A stretch of 64,000 bases of DNA from Schizosaccharomyces osmophilus (Eukaryota): assembly GCF_027921745.1 (NCBI RefSeq), contig NC_079240.1, positions 2,170,001 to 2,234,000 on the forward strand, written 5' to 3'. Shown here in pieces: positions 48,382 to 61,073 of the stretch (the stretch's first letter is position 1; each line of letters opens with the position of its first letter). A program made the translations under genes and the position numbers. The notes beneath the pieces were generated by a model. The model was not told where the DNA came from, did no database searches, and was given only the letters and a program-made list of their open reading frames with translations.

Positions 48382-49815
48382 TTACCAGCTTTCATCCCTC
48401 ATATCATGGTGTATGCGTTGCTCTTGATGGTACGCATAGTCTTCATCGATATCATCTTCCAACGGCATTGAATTCTTTTTAATCCAATCACGAACGAACA
48501 AGCTGGCTTTCATAAATTTCTTAGAAGCATACTTCTTAAAGAAAGCTTCGTGTCGGACTGGCTTTTGCAAATAATTAATCATTTTCTTCACAACAGAGAT
48601 AAGTTCGTGTTCCTCGTATCCAGAATAATGTACAAGATTACGATTCCAAACACCACGTCCAAGCATTTCTCGGGCTAAATACATAGCTGCTGCACACTGT
48701 TGGGAAGGAGGATAGGGTAACAGTCTATGATCCAAAAGAGCTATTTCGACCAAATACTTAGCAACAGTTCTTGTTTGAATGTCATAGAAATCAGCTTTAG
48801 AGATACGTCGTAAAAAGTTCATAGGATTAGGAAACGCAAGATTAAACTCCAAAACGCGTAATATATACCTTTCGGCTTGAAGTATGTCCTCCTCATCATA
48901 ACTGCCATCAGCCATATAAACAAAATTTTGGACAGAGGGACACATGACCTCTTCATATTTACTAGCAATGAACAAAGCAGCAATTCCCACTAGTTGCAGT
49001 TTACCGAGAGAACAAACACGCAAAGACAAAAATCTATCAATGATGTTTACAGCCAAAAAGAGGGTCTCGGGAAGTAAACGGAAACGAGAATGCACTTCAA
49101 TGATCCAATCTGTTAATATACCACGCATTTTCCAAGCAAGTTCTCTTTGACGATCCATATAGGTGGGCGATGGCATTGTTTCAATTTCTAATTGGTTAAG
49201 ATACTGGAAGATATCAACAACATATTCAGAAACCATAAGAGGATCAGCCCAGTCTTCAGCATCCAAATCATCCCAGTCTTGCAGTTCTGGCTTTTCAACA
49301 GCAGCATTCTGGTGCATGAGTTCCTGAAGTGGAACGCGATCTTCAGTATCCTTCTTTAGTTTCTTTGAAAGAGCTTCGTTTTCTTTGGCATGAGCATCTG
49401 CGTGAAAGTCTGCCACAGGCTGGGTCGAAACAATATCCACAGGATGGGTAGCTGAGAATGAGGACAAAGAGTTAAGGGCAGAAGGTTGACGACGTTTCTT
49501 GGAAACAGGCTCATCATCAACAACTTTGGTAGTGTCCTTTCTTTCCTGAGGGCGATGGATTGGGTAACCAGCATTGGTGTGCCGAACATTTGCAGTCTTG
49601 CTCGCGAGTGGCGCACTGGTTTCCTTGGAATGGAAGTTTGAGACATCGTCCAAAGCGTGACGCTTTTTATTAGATGTAGAAGTGGAGATCGGTTTTTTTC
49701 CTGGTATAATAGCATTTTCGGATGAATGTAAAAGGTGTTTTGAGGGATTGTTTTCATCATTGTTGCTCAAGGCGTTAGCCAAAATGTGCTGACGGGTAAG
49801 GCGTCTAGTAGTCAT
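48382..49815 (-). CDS. cdc13: B-type cyclin Cdc13
   Basis: MTTRRLTRQH N-terminus, destruction box RHALDDVSN, cyclin box MRGILTDW...LQLVGIAALFIASKYEE. Confidence 0.98.
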   Translation of the reverse strand: MTTRRLTRQHILANALSNNDENNPSKHLLHSSENAIIPGKKPISTSTSNKKRHALDDVSNFHSKETSAPLASKTANVRHTNAGYPIHRPQERKDTTKVVDDEPVSKKRRQPSALNSLSSFSATHPVDIVSTQPVADFHADAHAKENEALSKKLKKDTEDRVPLQELMHQNAAVEKPELQDWDDLDAEDWADPLMVSEYVVDIFQYLNQLEIETMPSPTYMDRQRELAWKMRGILTDWIIEVHSRFRLLPETLFLAVNIIDRFLSLRVCSLGKLQLVGIAALFIASKYEEVMCPSVQNFVYMADGSYDEEDILQAERYILRVLEFNLAFPNPMNFLRRISKADFYDIQTRTVAKYLVEIALLDHRLLPYPPSQQCAAAMYLAREMLGRGVWNRNLVHYSGYEEHELISVVKKMINYLQKPVRHEAFFKKYASKKFMKASLFVRDWIKKNSMPLEDDIDEDYAYHQEQRIHHDMRDESW

Positions 49816-50902
49816 TACAAAAATTCGAGAGTATCAATATAAACCAAATAAAAGGAATGAAGCAGGATATTAATAAAAACAAATGGACGTTACGGTCTTA
49901 TAACAACTTGACGTTAGGAATAAAGCGCGCGCTTTCAGTATAAGATATAAAAGAACGTAGAAAAAGAAAGACGAAGGGGGAATGCAAATCGAAAAATTAA
50001 AGCTTTACCACCTTTTACAAACGGGAGCCTTCAACGCTAGACAGGAAACGACTCGCCGGGAATCCACAAACTTTTGAATGAAAGCAAAAAAAAGAACTCA
50101 GTTCACTAAAGCTGTTAGTATACTATTTGTATAATGGCGGTTGGACCAGGTATACATCGTCGAACTGGTATCTTTTTTCTTGGCTTTTTGAAGGAAATTT
50201 TAAAAACCGGTTTAGTAAACCCATCGCTCATCAATAGCTGCCTATCTTCATTCCTTGAACTGCCTAGGGAAGAAAATTTTCAGCCATATCTTGACAGAAC
50301 CTTCAAAAACCCAAGTTTTTGGCTTTTCCATTCTTTAAATGTACAACTCTATCCCATACTTACAAAGCACTCAAGCGAGTTTCCGAAGGAATACAGAACT
50401 GTCAACTTAACCAACAAAGTTCCGTTTTTTTACTTCGCTTCCAGCTTTTCAAACAATAGCAACAGTCTTATCCTGTTTTTGTTTTTGCTTGAAAAAATGA
50501 GCGTTTTAGGTGTAATAAAGGAAATTTGGCAGGGCGTTGGTTAAAGACAAGTTCGGTTCTTGGTGTAGAAAGGAGATGTAAACAAGGGTTGTCGGGGTAA
50601 CCTAATACATCATACAAAGGGGTAAGGGTCATACAAATAAAGTGATAAAAACAAACAAACGCTACTTTAAAAGATCAATTTTACAAAAAGAAAACATAGC
50701 CGGTTGAAAAAGCAAAGCTTTTCGCCATTCCTCACTAAGGGTCTTCTTGGAACCATTGAAAACAATTACAATTGAACAGTTTACTTTGATAATTCAAGGG
50801 TAAGTTTGAGCTCAAGGTTAAGATTAAGAGCAAATGGGTGATAACTTCAAACATGTAATGGTTTTCATAAATATATAAATCATTTCTGAAGTCTTTCATG
50901 AA

Positions 50903-52997
50903 TCAAGATAGCGAAGGATTGAATGCTTCCGTAATGTATGAATCCAACTGAGCTTTTGTGAATCGTATATACTAGAGAAGAGTTAGTATCCTATCTTCCA
51001 CATTGAAATCAATTTCTAATAGATGTTTACCTTTTCTTTGTATTTCGTAAAGTCACTCGTGAAATATCTGCTTAGTTAGCAATGCCTCTAGGGAAGATAT
51101 GGAGTTTTGCATACTTGTCATAAAATCTTTGATACAGAGGCAGAACTGTTTTCCGCACTTCTTGCAATAGAAAACTGGCAACCGAAGGCTCAAAGCGCAC
51201 GGATTCCTTGTGGTTCTCAACTATACTGGTAATTTGTTCATTAAAGTTTCGGAACTTCTCCTTGGTTGCCTCTCTATCTTTGGTAGACATGTTTGGTTTT
51301 TCTTTTGCCTTCGTATAAGTAGCGTCCAACATGTTTTGGGAACATTGACGCCAAACCTCCATATACATACTGGAGTACTTTTGGGATAATTCTGAAAAGT
51401 TGTTGAAATGTTCGTCATCCAAGTAGGTTGCAACTTCGGAATCCGCACACGCAGACTCGAAATAGACACTACTGTTCAAGAGAATTATACCCTTTTTCCA
51501 ATTGATTGTATCTACAGCTTTGGCGCTTTCCTCCACAGAATTCAGATAAGATAAGAGACAATCCATAACATAATTTTGAACTAAGTCTCGTGTTGTCGAT
51601 GATTGCTGCAAATCCGGTGCCAATTCATGTCGCCAACCCCAATTACCAATACTCTCTAATAAATAAAATGAATCCTTATATTGGCATAAGCTTGTTAAGA
51701 ATAACATGATACCTTGAGCGATGTCACTAACTCCATTGGTGCTTAGTGCTACAGGCCTAGAACTGTTGCAGTAGCCATTGTACAAACTCGATAAGGAAGC
51801 AATAATAATTTTTTCCGCTTCCTTTCCGACGCCAGAAACTAAGCCAAGCAAAGCAACATCCTCGAAAGGCATATTCATTTGCATGTAATCCTCGGTGATC
51901 TTTACACAATGTATCAGTGGAAACAGAGGATGATTCTCGAGAGCAGACTGTTGTTCATAAACTGCTTCCCGTTGATGTATAATATTTGAAACAGTTGAAA
52001 TAACATTCTTTCCAATTCGCTGGTATAAAGCTTGAGATGTTTCTGTATCATATAATTGGAGTAGCTCTGAAGCTGTAGCAGAAAGAATTCTAGCTAACGC
52101 AATCAAATAAATTGCAACTTCTTCCTTTCCTCGATAGAAGTCTTTCGATGCTTCATTCAATTGTCCTGCATCGGATTGTGAAGATAGGGTTTTTAATAAC
52201 TGGACCAAACACTCACTTTTAATTTTGACGTAGTTGGAACTGATATCTGAGGAATAGGAAATAGGATACAGAACTTCATTGTCAAATTGTTGAATCAACC
52301 CCATAAACTGTTGAAGAGTTTCCGTAGGAAATGCCCATATTTGATCCAAATCCAGTATGGTCGATGCCTTCTTCAACGAAGATGCAGCATGAGTCTGTAA
52401 AACTTTCTGACACAAAACAGAAAGTCTGCTACATGTTTCGCTTAACGCAACCTCGACTTTACGCTGTGTTTTGGTTGAAAAATGAAGTGGACTTGACTGT
52501 AAGCTTATAAAATAGCGAGCAAGCACTCTCAGCATTCTCATTACAAGCTGTATTTTTTCTGTAATTGGGGCATCATTTTTATCCGAGGTATCCAATTCCG
52601 CTTTAATTTTGGGGAGGTTAGAGTGAATCACTTGTAGAACCTCCATTTCTTTTAAAGTGTCATAGATGTCTAATCGGTTTTCAGTAAGCAAAACCACTTA
52701 ATCGGTACATACTGCTTGATACGCGATTGTAATTTGTAACGTCTCCTCGAATTACGCTGGTTGATTCTTCTAAAACACCCAAGCGTTTGTCCATAAACAT
52801 TAGTATATCGGACGCGTCTGCAATATCTTTGGCGACGGAACCAAGGCTCCTTTGGAAATTTTCCAAGCCTGTTAAAAGTTAATAAACTGCCAATATCGTA
52901 ACCAGCCGATTTTACCTTTATTTTCATCAAATATATCCCTTGACCTACATAATCGTTAATAGTTGATTGTATTTAATCTTCTTACATTGTAAATCAT
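50903..52997 (-). CDS. exo70: exocyst subunit Exo70 (multi-exon)
   Basis: KDREATKEKFRNFN, VLPLYQRFYDKY and terminal exon YIRFTKAQLD, as in the Exo70 C-terminus. Confidence 0.9.
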
Positions 52998-53481
52998 TTA
53001 TATGTTGAGTACTAATTGAAAGAATGGTAGAACGTTGGTTTGAGAAGCACAACTTTGGGAGTACAGTAGCAATTGAAATTGATGAAGGTGTTCAATAAAC
53101 CAAAAAATTATAGGATGGAAAATGAAATGAGAGAATTATCATTCTCTCTTTATATTTTTTATTAGAAAACGAATATGGAAAATATGGAACTGATGTTATT
53201 TTTGAGGCTGTTTCTAAAATGATAACACATGAAGAGACGTTAACTGGCCAAAATATTTCCAAAAATATATTGAATCTAAGATGATTAAAATAAAGACTGT
53301 TTTAAATCATTATATCGCTATATATAGTATTATAGGTTTGCAGCAAACCATGGATCAATAGATTTCTTTTATAGCATTCTTTCTTGGCATGAAAATTGAC
53401 GAGATGGATGTTTCGAATTGATGAATGACAATTTATAAATAACTTACCCGTGAGAGGAGAAAAGGTATTCCATGCCTTGTT

Positions 53482-55023
53482 CTAATAATATAAGCAACGA
53501 TAAGCAACAGCTTTAGGAGTATCCAGGTTTTTCGATAAAAAATCATAACCTAGTCGTTTCAATATGGACTGAAGTAATTTGAAATCTTCTTCAGTTCCAT
53601 TTTTTTTTACAGAATGTAGAGCAAACAGTAACAACTGCTTTGATAAAGGCCTTCCTTCTTTGTGAAGGAGTTCTAAATTGCCAATAGCTTCAGCGTATTT
53701 TCTGACTAGTATTTGTAAAGCAATATAATTCTCTCGTAATTTGAATTGATCAGACTGGTTGAGGTGTTTACCTTCTTTACTTATGGCATCAGCTAATTCA
53801 AGAGAACGAAGTTCAAACGCCAATTGGAAAACAATTTTGTAGTCAACGAGAGTCAAAAGTCTCTTTGAACGTAAATTTGTAAAATAGCGTAATATAAGTG
53901 CTAAATCTTGGGTAAAAAGTGCAGAAAGCATGATTAGTCTGGAAATTATAGCATGAGTGGGTTTAGAAGCATCCTTAAGAAACGTCGACAGGTTATTCTC
54001 TATTTCTGTCGATGATTTAAATTGTTTGTAAAGAGATTCCGCTATAGGCATCAGAAATTCTGCAGTTGACTTGGTGTGTGTGCCTTTGTAAAAATTTTGG
54101 AAAAACTTGAGCGCAAGAAGAGGCTTATTTTCGAAACATAGCCTGTCCGTTATCTCCTGATATAGCATATAATTGACAGGGAAATCACGCTTGGCCAAAT
54201 AAAGCGTAAGTTGGATAGCTGCTTCGAGCTCATGGTTTGCACAAAGAGCCGTGACAGCCATATCCATCGAAGTTGCATTAATACTTTGAAAATTTTCTTG
54301 ATATAGTATCGGAAGCAAGAACTTCATCCCCTTTGTATGATAAGAATAGGCAAAGCATAGCAACAATTCGTAGTAAATCTTTTGGAGTTCTCGCTGCTGT
54401 GCAATTGAATAAGTATGTCTTCTTTTCAGTAAATCTGGCAACAATATTTCTGCCAGAAAATAACAAGTATCCACATTTGTTCCTGTACGCGTAGACGTTA
54501 GTAAAAGTCTGCGAAAGGTATGCATGTATACTGATAATTCATTAGGGAAAAAAGAAACGAGTGCCATCATATCGTAAGAGTTCTTTTCTCTTATAAATAC
54601 CCAAAGAAGATTGGTTATGGATTCAGGACTCAGTGCCATCATGCTATTAGCAGCAATCTCACGCAAACGAGAGGCAAGTTCGCCCGATTGTTTTTTCTCG
54701 GCAACCGAGGTCGCTTTTTTGAAGAATTTACTAGTGAGTAAGCTATGATCATGACCATATTGGTTTAAAACATCATGTACTTCATCTTCATTGCTTTTTG
54801 AGGTAATTAAGTCTCCAATATCAATGTTTCGTGAAGAACCTGTTTCATTTATAATAGAAGAGAAAAACTTCATCCGTTCTGGATGTGTATTCAGCTTTTC
54901 CAATGTGCTCAAGGAAGCTTTGTTTTCTAAGGAACGGGCATGTACATGTACATTTCTACAAAGCAAATTTGAAGCAAAAAGAGCATTGCGGAGTCCATTT
55001 CTGTTACATATTCTCATAAACAT
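53482..55023 (-). CDS. ppr10: mitochondrial PPR-like protein
   Basis: Mitochondrial-type leader and helical-repeat composition; syntenic position between exo70 and rpl25. Confidence 0.65.
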   Translation of the reverse strand: MFMRICNRNGLRNALFASNLLCRNVHVHARSLENKASLSTLEKLNTHPERMKFFSSIINETGSSRNIDIGDLITSKSNEDEVHDVLNQYGHDHSLLTSKFFKKATSVAEKKQSGELASRLREIAANSMMALSPESITNLLWVFIREKNSYDMMALVSFFPNELSVYMHTFRRLLLTSTRTGTNVDTCYFLAEILLPDLLKRRHTYSIAQQRELQKIYYELLLCFAYSYHTKGMKFLLPILYQENFQSINATSMDMAVTALCANHELEAAIQLTLYLAKRDFPVNYMLYQEITDRLCFENKPLLALKFFQNFYKGTHTKSTAEFLMPIAESLYKQFKSSTEIENNLSTFLKDASKPTHAIISRLIMLSALFTQDLALILRYFTNLRSKRLLTLVDYKIVFQLAFELRSLELADAISKEGKHLNQSDQFKLRENYIALQILVRKYAEAIGNLELLHKEGRPLSKQLLLFALHSVKKNGTEEDFKLLQSILKRLGYDFLSKNLDTPKAVAYRCLYY

Positions 55024-55834
55024 TTCGCGTACATCTGAAGTTCATTTAACTATTTTCAGGTAATCGACATCCAGAGCTGTTAACGAATAGCTTAAACAAT
55101 CAAACAAAACTTCATTTACGTTTTCTTTGATATTGCAAAAGAAATTCCGTAGTTTGAATTGTTTTTCTAAGTATTTGAAGTGCTCTCGGTAGTGGATACA
55201 CTTTCAGTGATTTATCACTTTGTTCTGAGAGTGTATACACAGAGGTAGCGATGTTACTTTGGTGAGAATGTCTATTTACAAAACAAATCCAAATTAAAAA
55301 ATAAAGAAAATAAAATCAGTCAAATCGTAGAAGCATTTTTCTTTGATATGTATTTACTAAAGTAATTAAGAGTGTCTGTTTAGCAAAAAACGCTTGTCCT
55401 TTTTGCGAATAATTAGAGACCCACCAAGTTTGCTCGAGCACGCTCTCACAATGTTTATATGTTAAATTGTAGTGGTGTAACATATCTTTAAAGGGATAAA
55501 ATAAAAACCAAGATTCAAATGACTTAGTTCGTTTTCACTTAGGCCTATTCTTCATGCTTATCAAAGAGTTATGGATATTAAAAGAAATACGGACTTCAAG
55601 TCTTCTTAGAAGAAACAGATTTATTCATGCATGATGCTCACTTGCAACTTTCACCCACAAATAATCTCAACGTGTGCGTTCAAAAAAGATACTCAATATG
55701 CCTTTAAACTATGTCTACTATACAATTTTTACCATATGAAATACTAAGTTCATAGATTTCATGCTACAAGAAGTAATTGAATCTATGAATATCAAGATTT
55801 TATTAATCCTTAATGCCCAAGTAAATTACATGGT

Positions 55835-56383
55835 TTAAAGGAAACCAATGCGGTTAGCAACGTCAAGAGCATCGGCATCAGCGGAAAGCTTGACGAAAGC
55901 CTTCTTGGTACCGTTGGGACGGATCAAAGTGTTGATGTTGACGGCTTCAACGTCGTAAAGCTTACGAACAGCGTCCTTAATGGTGTGCTTATTGGATCTC
56001 ATGTGTACAATGAAGACGAGAGTGTTGTCGTCCTCAATCTTCTTCATAGCAGATTCACTGTTGAGAGGGTTGAGGATGATCTTGAACTCATCAAGACGAG
56101 GGGCATGAGCAACACTCTTACGAGCGTACTTGGGCTTACGAGGAAGTTGAAGAGTCTTGGGGCTAAAAAAAAGTTAGTAAGCTGGCGACTAAATATGTAC
56201 TAGCCAACTACTGTGTTTGATAATATTGGACGCGGGAACAAATCTCCAATATACACAGAGCTAAAGCTCAAATCGTTTCACATACCGACGGAAGGTGGTA
56301 GAAGTACGAACCTTCTTGGCAACCTTGTTGTGGACTCCCTTTTGAACGGTCTTCTGTGCTCCTTTAGCTTTAGCAACGCTCAT
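55835..56383 (-). CDS. rpl25: 60S ribosomal protein L25 (uL23), one intron about 56164-56285
   Basis: [11 protein letters not shown]...[20 protein letters not shown]...[12 protein letters not shown]...[16 protein letters not shown]. Confidence 0.96.
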
Positions 56384-56469
56384 GATGTCCTGTCAACTAA
56401 GAGTTGGTTGTTGCTTGTAGCAGGAAATTCACAAAAGTTTGCTCTTCTTCAGCCCAAAAAAGCAGTCCA

Positions 56470-56479
56470 ACCCTACCCT
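56470..56479 (-). promoter_or_regulatory. Homol E box of ribosomal protein promoter
   Basis: ACCCTACCCT (AGGGTAGGGT on the minus strand), 87 nt upstream of the rpl25 ATG. Confidence 0.75.
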
Positions 56480-57305
56480 AACAAATGGTTGAACCTGCTA
56501 TGGAAATCCAAAAAGAAGTTTTTATCACTCACTAAAAACTATTAACGAAATCCACTGTGTTGTATTTATTCCTATATACTGGCGTTCTATATCAGTAAAC
56601 GGGTTTACGTATAGTAAACTGCTTCATTAATAAGTATAAGTAGTATAGCGTTCGAGTACGTAAAAGGGTCTAAGCTACTGTATGGAGTATTTACAATTTA
56701 ATATATGTTTGCGCTGACAGGATTTCAAACTCTCATCTCTACCAATATCAACGGCTTTGACAAAAAATCAGAAATAAAAGACTTTTCGTTAAAAAACATG
56801 GTTACAAGTAATCAATTATAGAAAAAGAAATATTTCCTATGTCACATGGCTCAAACTCTTATTCTTTTTTCCAACTTTAAACAATGAATCACAACGCGTT
56901 CGCGTTTCGCAAATTCATCCAAATCCACTAAAAGCGTTTATGAATTACCACAGAGACCTGTACTCTTAAAACATTTCGCCAAAATAATAAAGTTTTCTTG
57001 CTGTCAAAGTAAAGATGAGAAGAACGCGTTGGATTTTTAGCGAACGTTATGGTTAAGCAAAGCTAATATGCTGAATCAGCAAATTGCGGAATACGGAGAT
57101 AAGTTGAAAATTTCGCCTAAACGGCGTTTACCACCGGTGGAGTGGAAATCCCTGCGATGGTGTAAGAGAAAAGACAAATGTTGTAATCGCAATATGCGCT
57201 GTCTCGTTAAAGATCGGAAAATATTTTCAAGGGTTTATAAAGCCACTATTTCCCATTATATAACTAATTTGAATAGATCAAATATACCATTAAGACGTTA
57301 TTGTC

Positions 57306-58835
57306 ATGATGAAAAGTGTGTTTCGGTCGATGAGCAAACGGCTGGGGCCTAATAAACTGGCTTTTTGCCGGTTTCAGAGCTCCAATCCTCCAATGTCATT
57401 TCCTTGCGTCGATCAGGCGCAGGAACGCAATCGCAGATATGAAGAAAGCCTTCAGCAGTTTCAAACCCCAGGCAATGAAGATCCAGGGGCATGCATAACT
57501 TCTCCTTCACTTGCTTCGGGACCTGAACCCATCTATGGAAAAATTGTATCTGGTTTCAAAAAGTTTAACTATAACAATGTATTCCTTTGTGATCACGGCG
57601 GTATTTTACCTAAATTTGAATTGGCTTACGAAACTTGGGGCGCATTGAATGAAGACCGCTCAAATGCCATTCTTTTGCATACCGGTCTTTCTGCATCTTC
57701 ACATGCTCATTCTCATCCGGATAACCCACAACCTGGTTGGTGGGAACAGTTCATTGGACCAGGAAAAGATTTAGATACCAACAAGTTTTGTGTCATTTGC
57801 TGTAACATTTTAGGTAGCTGCTACGGTAGCACTGGTCCTTCTTCTGTTGACCCCGGTGATGGAAAGAATTATGCGACCCGTTTTCCCATCATAACTGTTA
57901 ACGACATGGTTCGTACCCAAATTTTACTTTTGGATCATCTGAAAATCGATAAGCTTCATGCTAGCATTGGTAGTTCCTTGGGTGGTATGCAATCGCTAGC
58001 GTTTGGTGCTTTGGCACCTCATAGAACTGCTCGTATCGCCAGTATTTCTGGTGGTGCTAGATCTCATCCTTATTCTATTGCACTTCGTTTTACTCAGCGA
58101 CAAATTTTAATGAATGACCCTCAATGGAACCGAGGCTTTTATTATGATGACATTCCTCCTCACACAGGTATGAAACTATCTCGTGAGGTCGCTACCATTT
58201 CCTATCGGTCTGGACCCGAGTGGGAACAACGGTTTTCCACTCGTCGCGCCAACCCTGCTGTACCACCTGCTATGTGCCCTGATTTCTTAATAGAAACATA
58301 TTTGGATCATGCTGGAGAAAAATTCTGTCTTCAATATGATCCCAATTCCCTTTTGTATATTTCCAAGGCCATGGATATGCATGACATGACTGCTTCAAAT
58401 CAGAAGATTCTCGCTGAGAACAGAAAGAAAAATCAGCATAAGTTAGAAAAATATTTGGCTGAAAATCCAGATGTATCACAAGAAGACGTGATTAAGGCAA
58501 ATTCAAACAGTGTTGTCTTGCCCGATACCCCGATTGAAGAAATTTCTAATGAAGATAGAGTTCCTGAACCTGATGTAGATTCGGATTTAACCGCAGGTTT
58601 AGTTCCTCTACGAAACATTCCAACCATGATTATGGGCGTCGAAAGTGATAATCTGATGCCTGTCGCATGCCAGCGTGAAACTGCTCGTTGTTTGGAGAAG
58701 GCTGGAAATGATAAAGTTGTATACCATGAATTGAATGCCGACGAAAGTTTTTATGGCCACGATACATTTTTGATTTATCGTAAAAACTTTAACTTGGTTG
58801 GAAGCAAACTAAAGAACTTCCTTGAGCAGAGCTAA
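57306..58835 (+). CDS. cys2: homoserine O-acetyltransferase-family enzyme (serine O-succinyltransferase Cys2)
   Basis: YETWG.LN, HTGLSASSHA, GWWEQFIGPG, GSSLGGMQ and YGHDTFL motifs; synteny. Confidence 0.9.
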   Translation: MMKSVFRSMSKRLGPNKLAFCRFQSSNPPMSFPCVDQAQERNRRYEESLQQFQTPGNEDPGACITSPSLASGPEPIYGKIVSGFKKFNYNNVFLCDHGGILPKFELAYETWGALNEDRSNAILLHTGLSASSHAHSHPDNPQPGWWEQFIGPGKDLDTNKFCVICCNILGSCYGSTGPSSVDPGDGKNYATRFPIITVNDMVRTQILLLDHLKIDKLHASIGSSLGGMQSLAFGALAPHRTARIASISGGARSHPYSIALRFTQRQILMNDPQWNRGFYYDDIPPHTGMKLSREVATISYRSGPEWEQRFSTRRANPAVPPAMCPDFLIETYLDHAGEKFCLQYDPNSLLYISKAMDMHDMTASNQKILAENRKKNQHKLEKYLAENPDVSQEDVIKANSNSVVLPDTPIEEISNEDRVPEPDVDSDLTAGLVPLRNIPTMIMGVESDNLMPVACQRETARCLEKAGNDKVVYHELNADESFYGHDTFLIYRKNFNLVGSKLKNFLEQS

Positions 58836-59413
58836 AGTTTGTGTTTTCATTTCGACACAAGAAATTAATTATGAAATTGATTAATATGGTATTTATTTCG
58901 CGTCACGAAACCTGTTTTCGGACTTTTATTCCTTACGATTTTTGGTCTTTAAAGAATTCGATGTATATCTGAAATTCCGTGAAGTGTTGATTCTAAAAGT
59001 TTTTGGGTTATGTTGTTAGTTTTCACGGTGTAGCGGTCCTTGCTTGGTTCTATTGGTGTAAGTTTTGTACGCTCATCACGGAAAAACATATTGTTTTACA
59101 AATAAATCCTGATATCGATCATGGAATAGATTTTAGAAAAAGAAGTATGGTCTACTAATAAAATTACGAAGATGAAACAACTAGAGAGTGTTTGTTTACA
59201 GGCACGAAAAAAGCCATTATTGTTAGCAATGGGAATCATATTTAAGAACCACATCAATTGCAAAAGTATCGTTGAAAACTCTAATACATAAGATTTGTTA
59301 TGAGAAAGGTTATTTGAGACAAAGGTTTTGTAGGCGTTAGGAGACGAGCATCGTAAAAAAAATACAGGAAAGGAAAGTCTTTCAACAAAGCTGCAGAACG
59401 AAAGAAAAACAAA

Positions 59414-60331
59414 TTATGATTGTGAAGTGGTTGAAGCAGAAGTAGCAGCAGCGCGGCCGTTTTTCTTACGAGCGGCTTCAGCCTCTTTCTCTTCCTGAAG
59501 CATTTTGACGATGGAATCAATTTGTTCAGAGGGAAGGAATTCAACGTCTTTACCAGGGTCCATAATGGCAAGCTCAACGTTACCAGCAGAAGTTTGAACA
59601 ACTTCTAATAGACTGTTAATTGTAAGGCGAATCGATTCTTCACGGGACAAGTCTTCCTTCCAGTTCTTTTCCAAAAATTCACGGGCACCCTTGCTAGAAC
59701 GACCGATAGCGGAAGCTTTCCTATATGAAACGCGTTAGTACGGTCTTAAACCAATTTTAAGGAATGAAACAAATCCCCAAATCCAAGCTTCACATCACAT
59801 ACCATGCATTGTAAACGCCTGCCGGTTCTGTCTGGTAAACTCTAGGCACGTTGCTATTCACGTCAAAGCCGGCAATAAGTGTCGACACACCAAAGGGACG
59901 GACACCACCTGCTTGTGTATATTTTTGCTGGACACCAGCTACATAACGGGTTATGGACTCTAAAGAAGCAGGGTCTGCCAAGTTCAATTTGTGTGATTGA
60001 GCTTCAATACGAGCCTTATCAATTAAAATTCGTGCATCCGCATTTAAACCAGCAAAAGCCAAGCACACGTGATTGTCGATTAATGCAATCTTTTGGAAAC
60101 TTCCTGGATTTTGTAACTTGGGGACGTTTTTCTTCTCCACGCCAATAACAATACAATCTTTTCCGCGAAGAGCAACCTAACCAAATGTTAGTCTCATACT
60201 TTTATCCAACAGCATTTCCTGTTTGGACATACAGCAGTAGTACCACGGCGAACAGCTTCTTGACCGTATTCTACTTGAAGCAAGCGGCCATCTGGCGAGA
60301 AAACTGATAGCGCACGATCATATCCTGACAT
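59414..60331 (-). CDS. pre6: 20S proteasome subunit alpha 4 (3 exons)
   Basis: [33 protein letters not shown] and [13 protein letters not shown] motifs. Confidence 0.95.
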
Positions 60332-61073
60332 TGTTCGTAGTTGGTATTATCCAAGTTGATGGTTTGGTCTTATACATCTTTTGGTCAAGTGTTTGGTTTA
60401 GTGGTATGGTTAACAGTCTCTTGCGCAGTGAACAAATGGCGTATCTGTAATAACGCGGTCTAGTGTGTTTTAGCAACCTTTTTACGAAATAGTAAACAAA
60501 CAAAAAATGGCAACAAAATTCTAATTGAAGAGTTTTCAGGTCTCTTTTGTTTTTTTATGTTTTTTGTTTTGTTCGAGTTTTGATAGTAAATTTGCAGTAT
60601 CATGCTGATTATAAAATTGGTTTGTAAAAGAGCACCTGTACAAATTTACAACAAATATACTGTCCTACCGATTATGCTTGAAAACAATAGTGTTACAATG
60701 ATTCCAGTTTTTATTTTCATTTTATTTTTCTTACTTTTTATTTTATTTTAATTTAGTTATTTATCTAAAAGATGATTGAAAAAAAAAGTGAAATCAGAAA
60801 AAAAGCAGACAAAAAGGTTAAGCAGAAAGCAGCAAAAAATAGACAGAGAAGGAATGATTCGAAACAGGCATAGCATTGTTTAGTATTGATAAGAAGTTCG
60901 CTTTCAAAAAATCAGCAGACAAAAAAGAAAAGAACCAGCCAAGCCATAAGGTCTAAGAGTAAGAATAGTCGAAAAAAAAAAACAGTAGGGGAGTAATAGG
61001 TAAGCTAAGAAGATAAAAAAATTGCAAAACGGGTAATTTTTTAAAAAGAGAAGGACCAAATTCTATAAGAAGA

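Noticed and set aside
50134..50544. 136-aa ORF upstream of and antisense to cdc13
   Set aside because: Lies in the cdc13 promoter/5' UTR; composition is not protein-like.
57068..57352. 94-aa ORF overlapping the cys2 start
   Set aside because: No recognisable homology; probably a chance ORF, although an overlapping uORF cannot be excluded.
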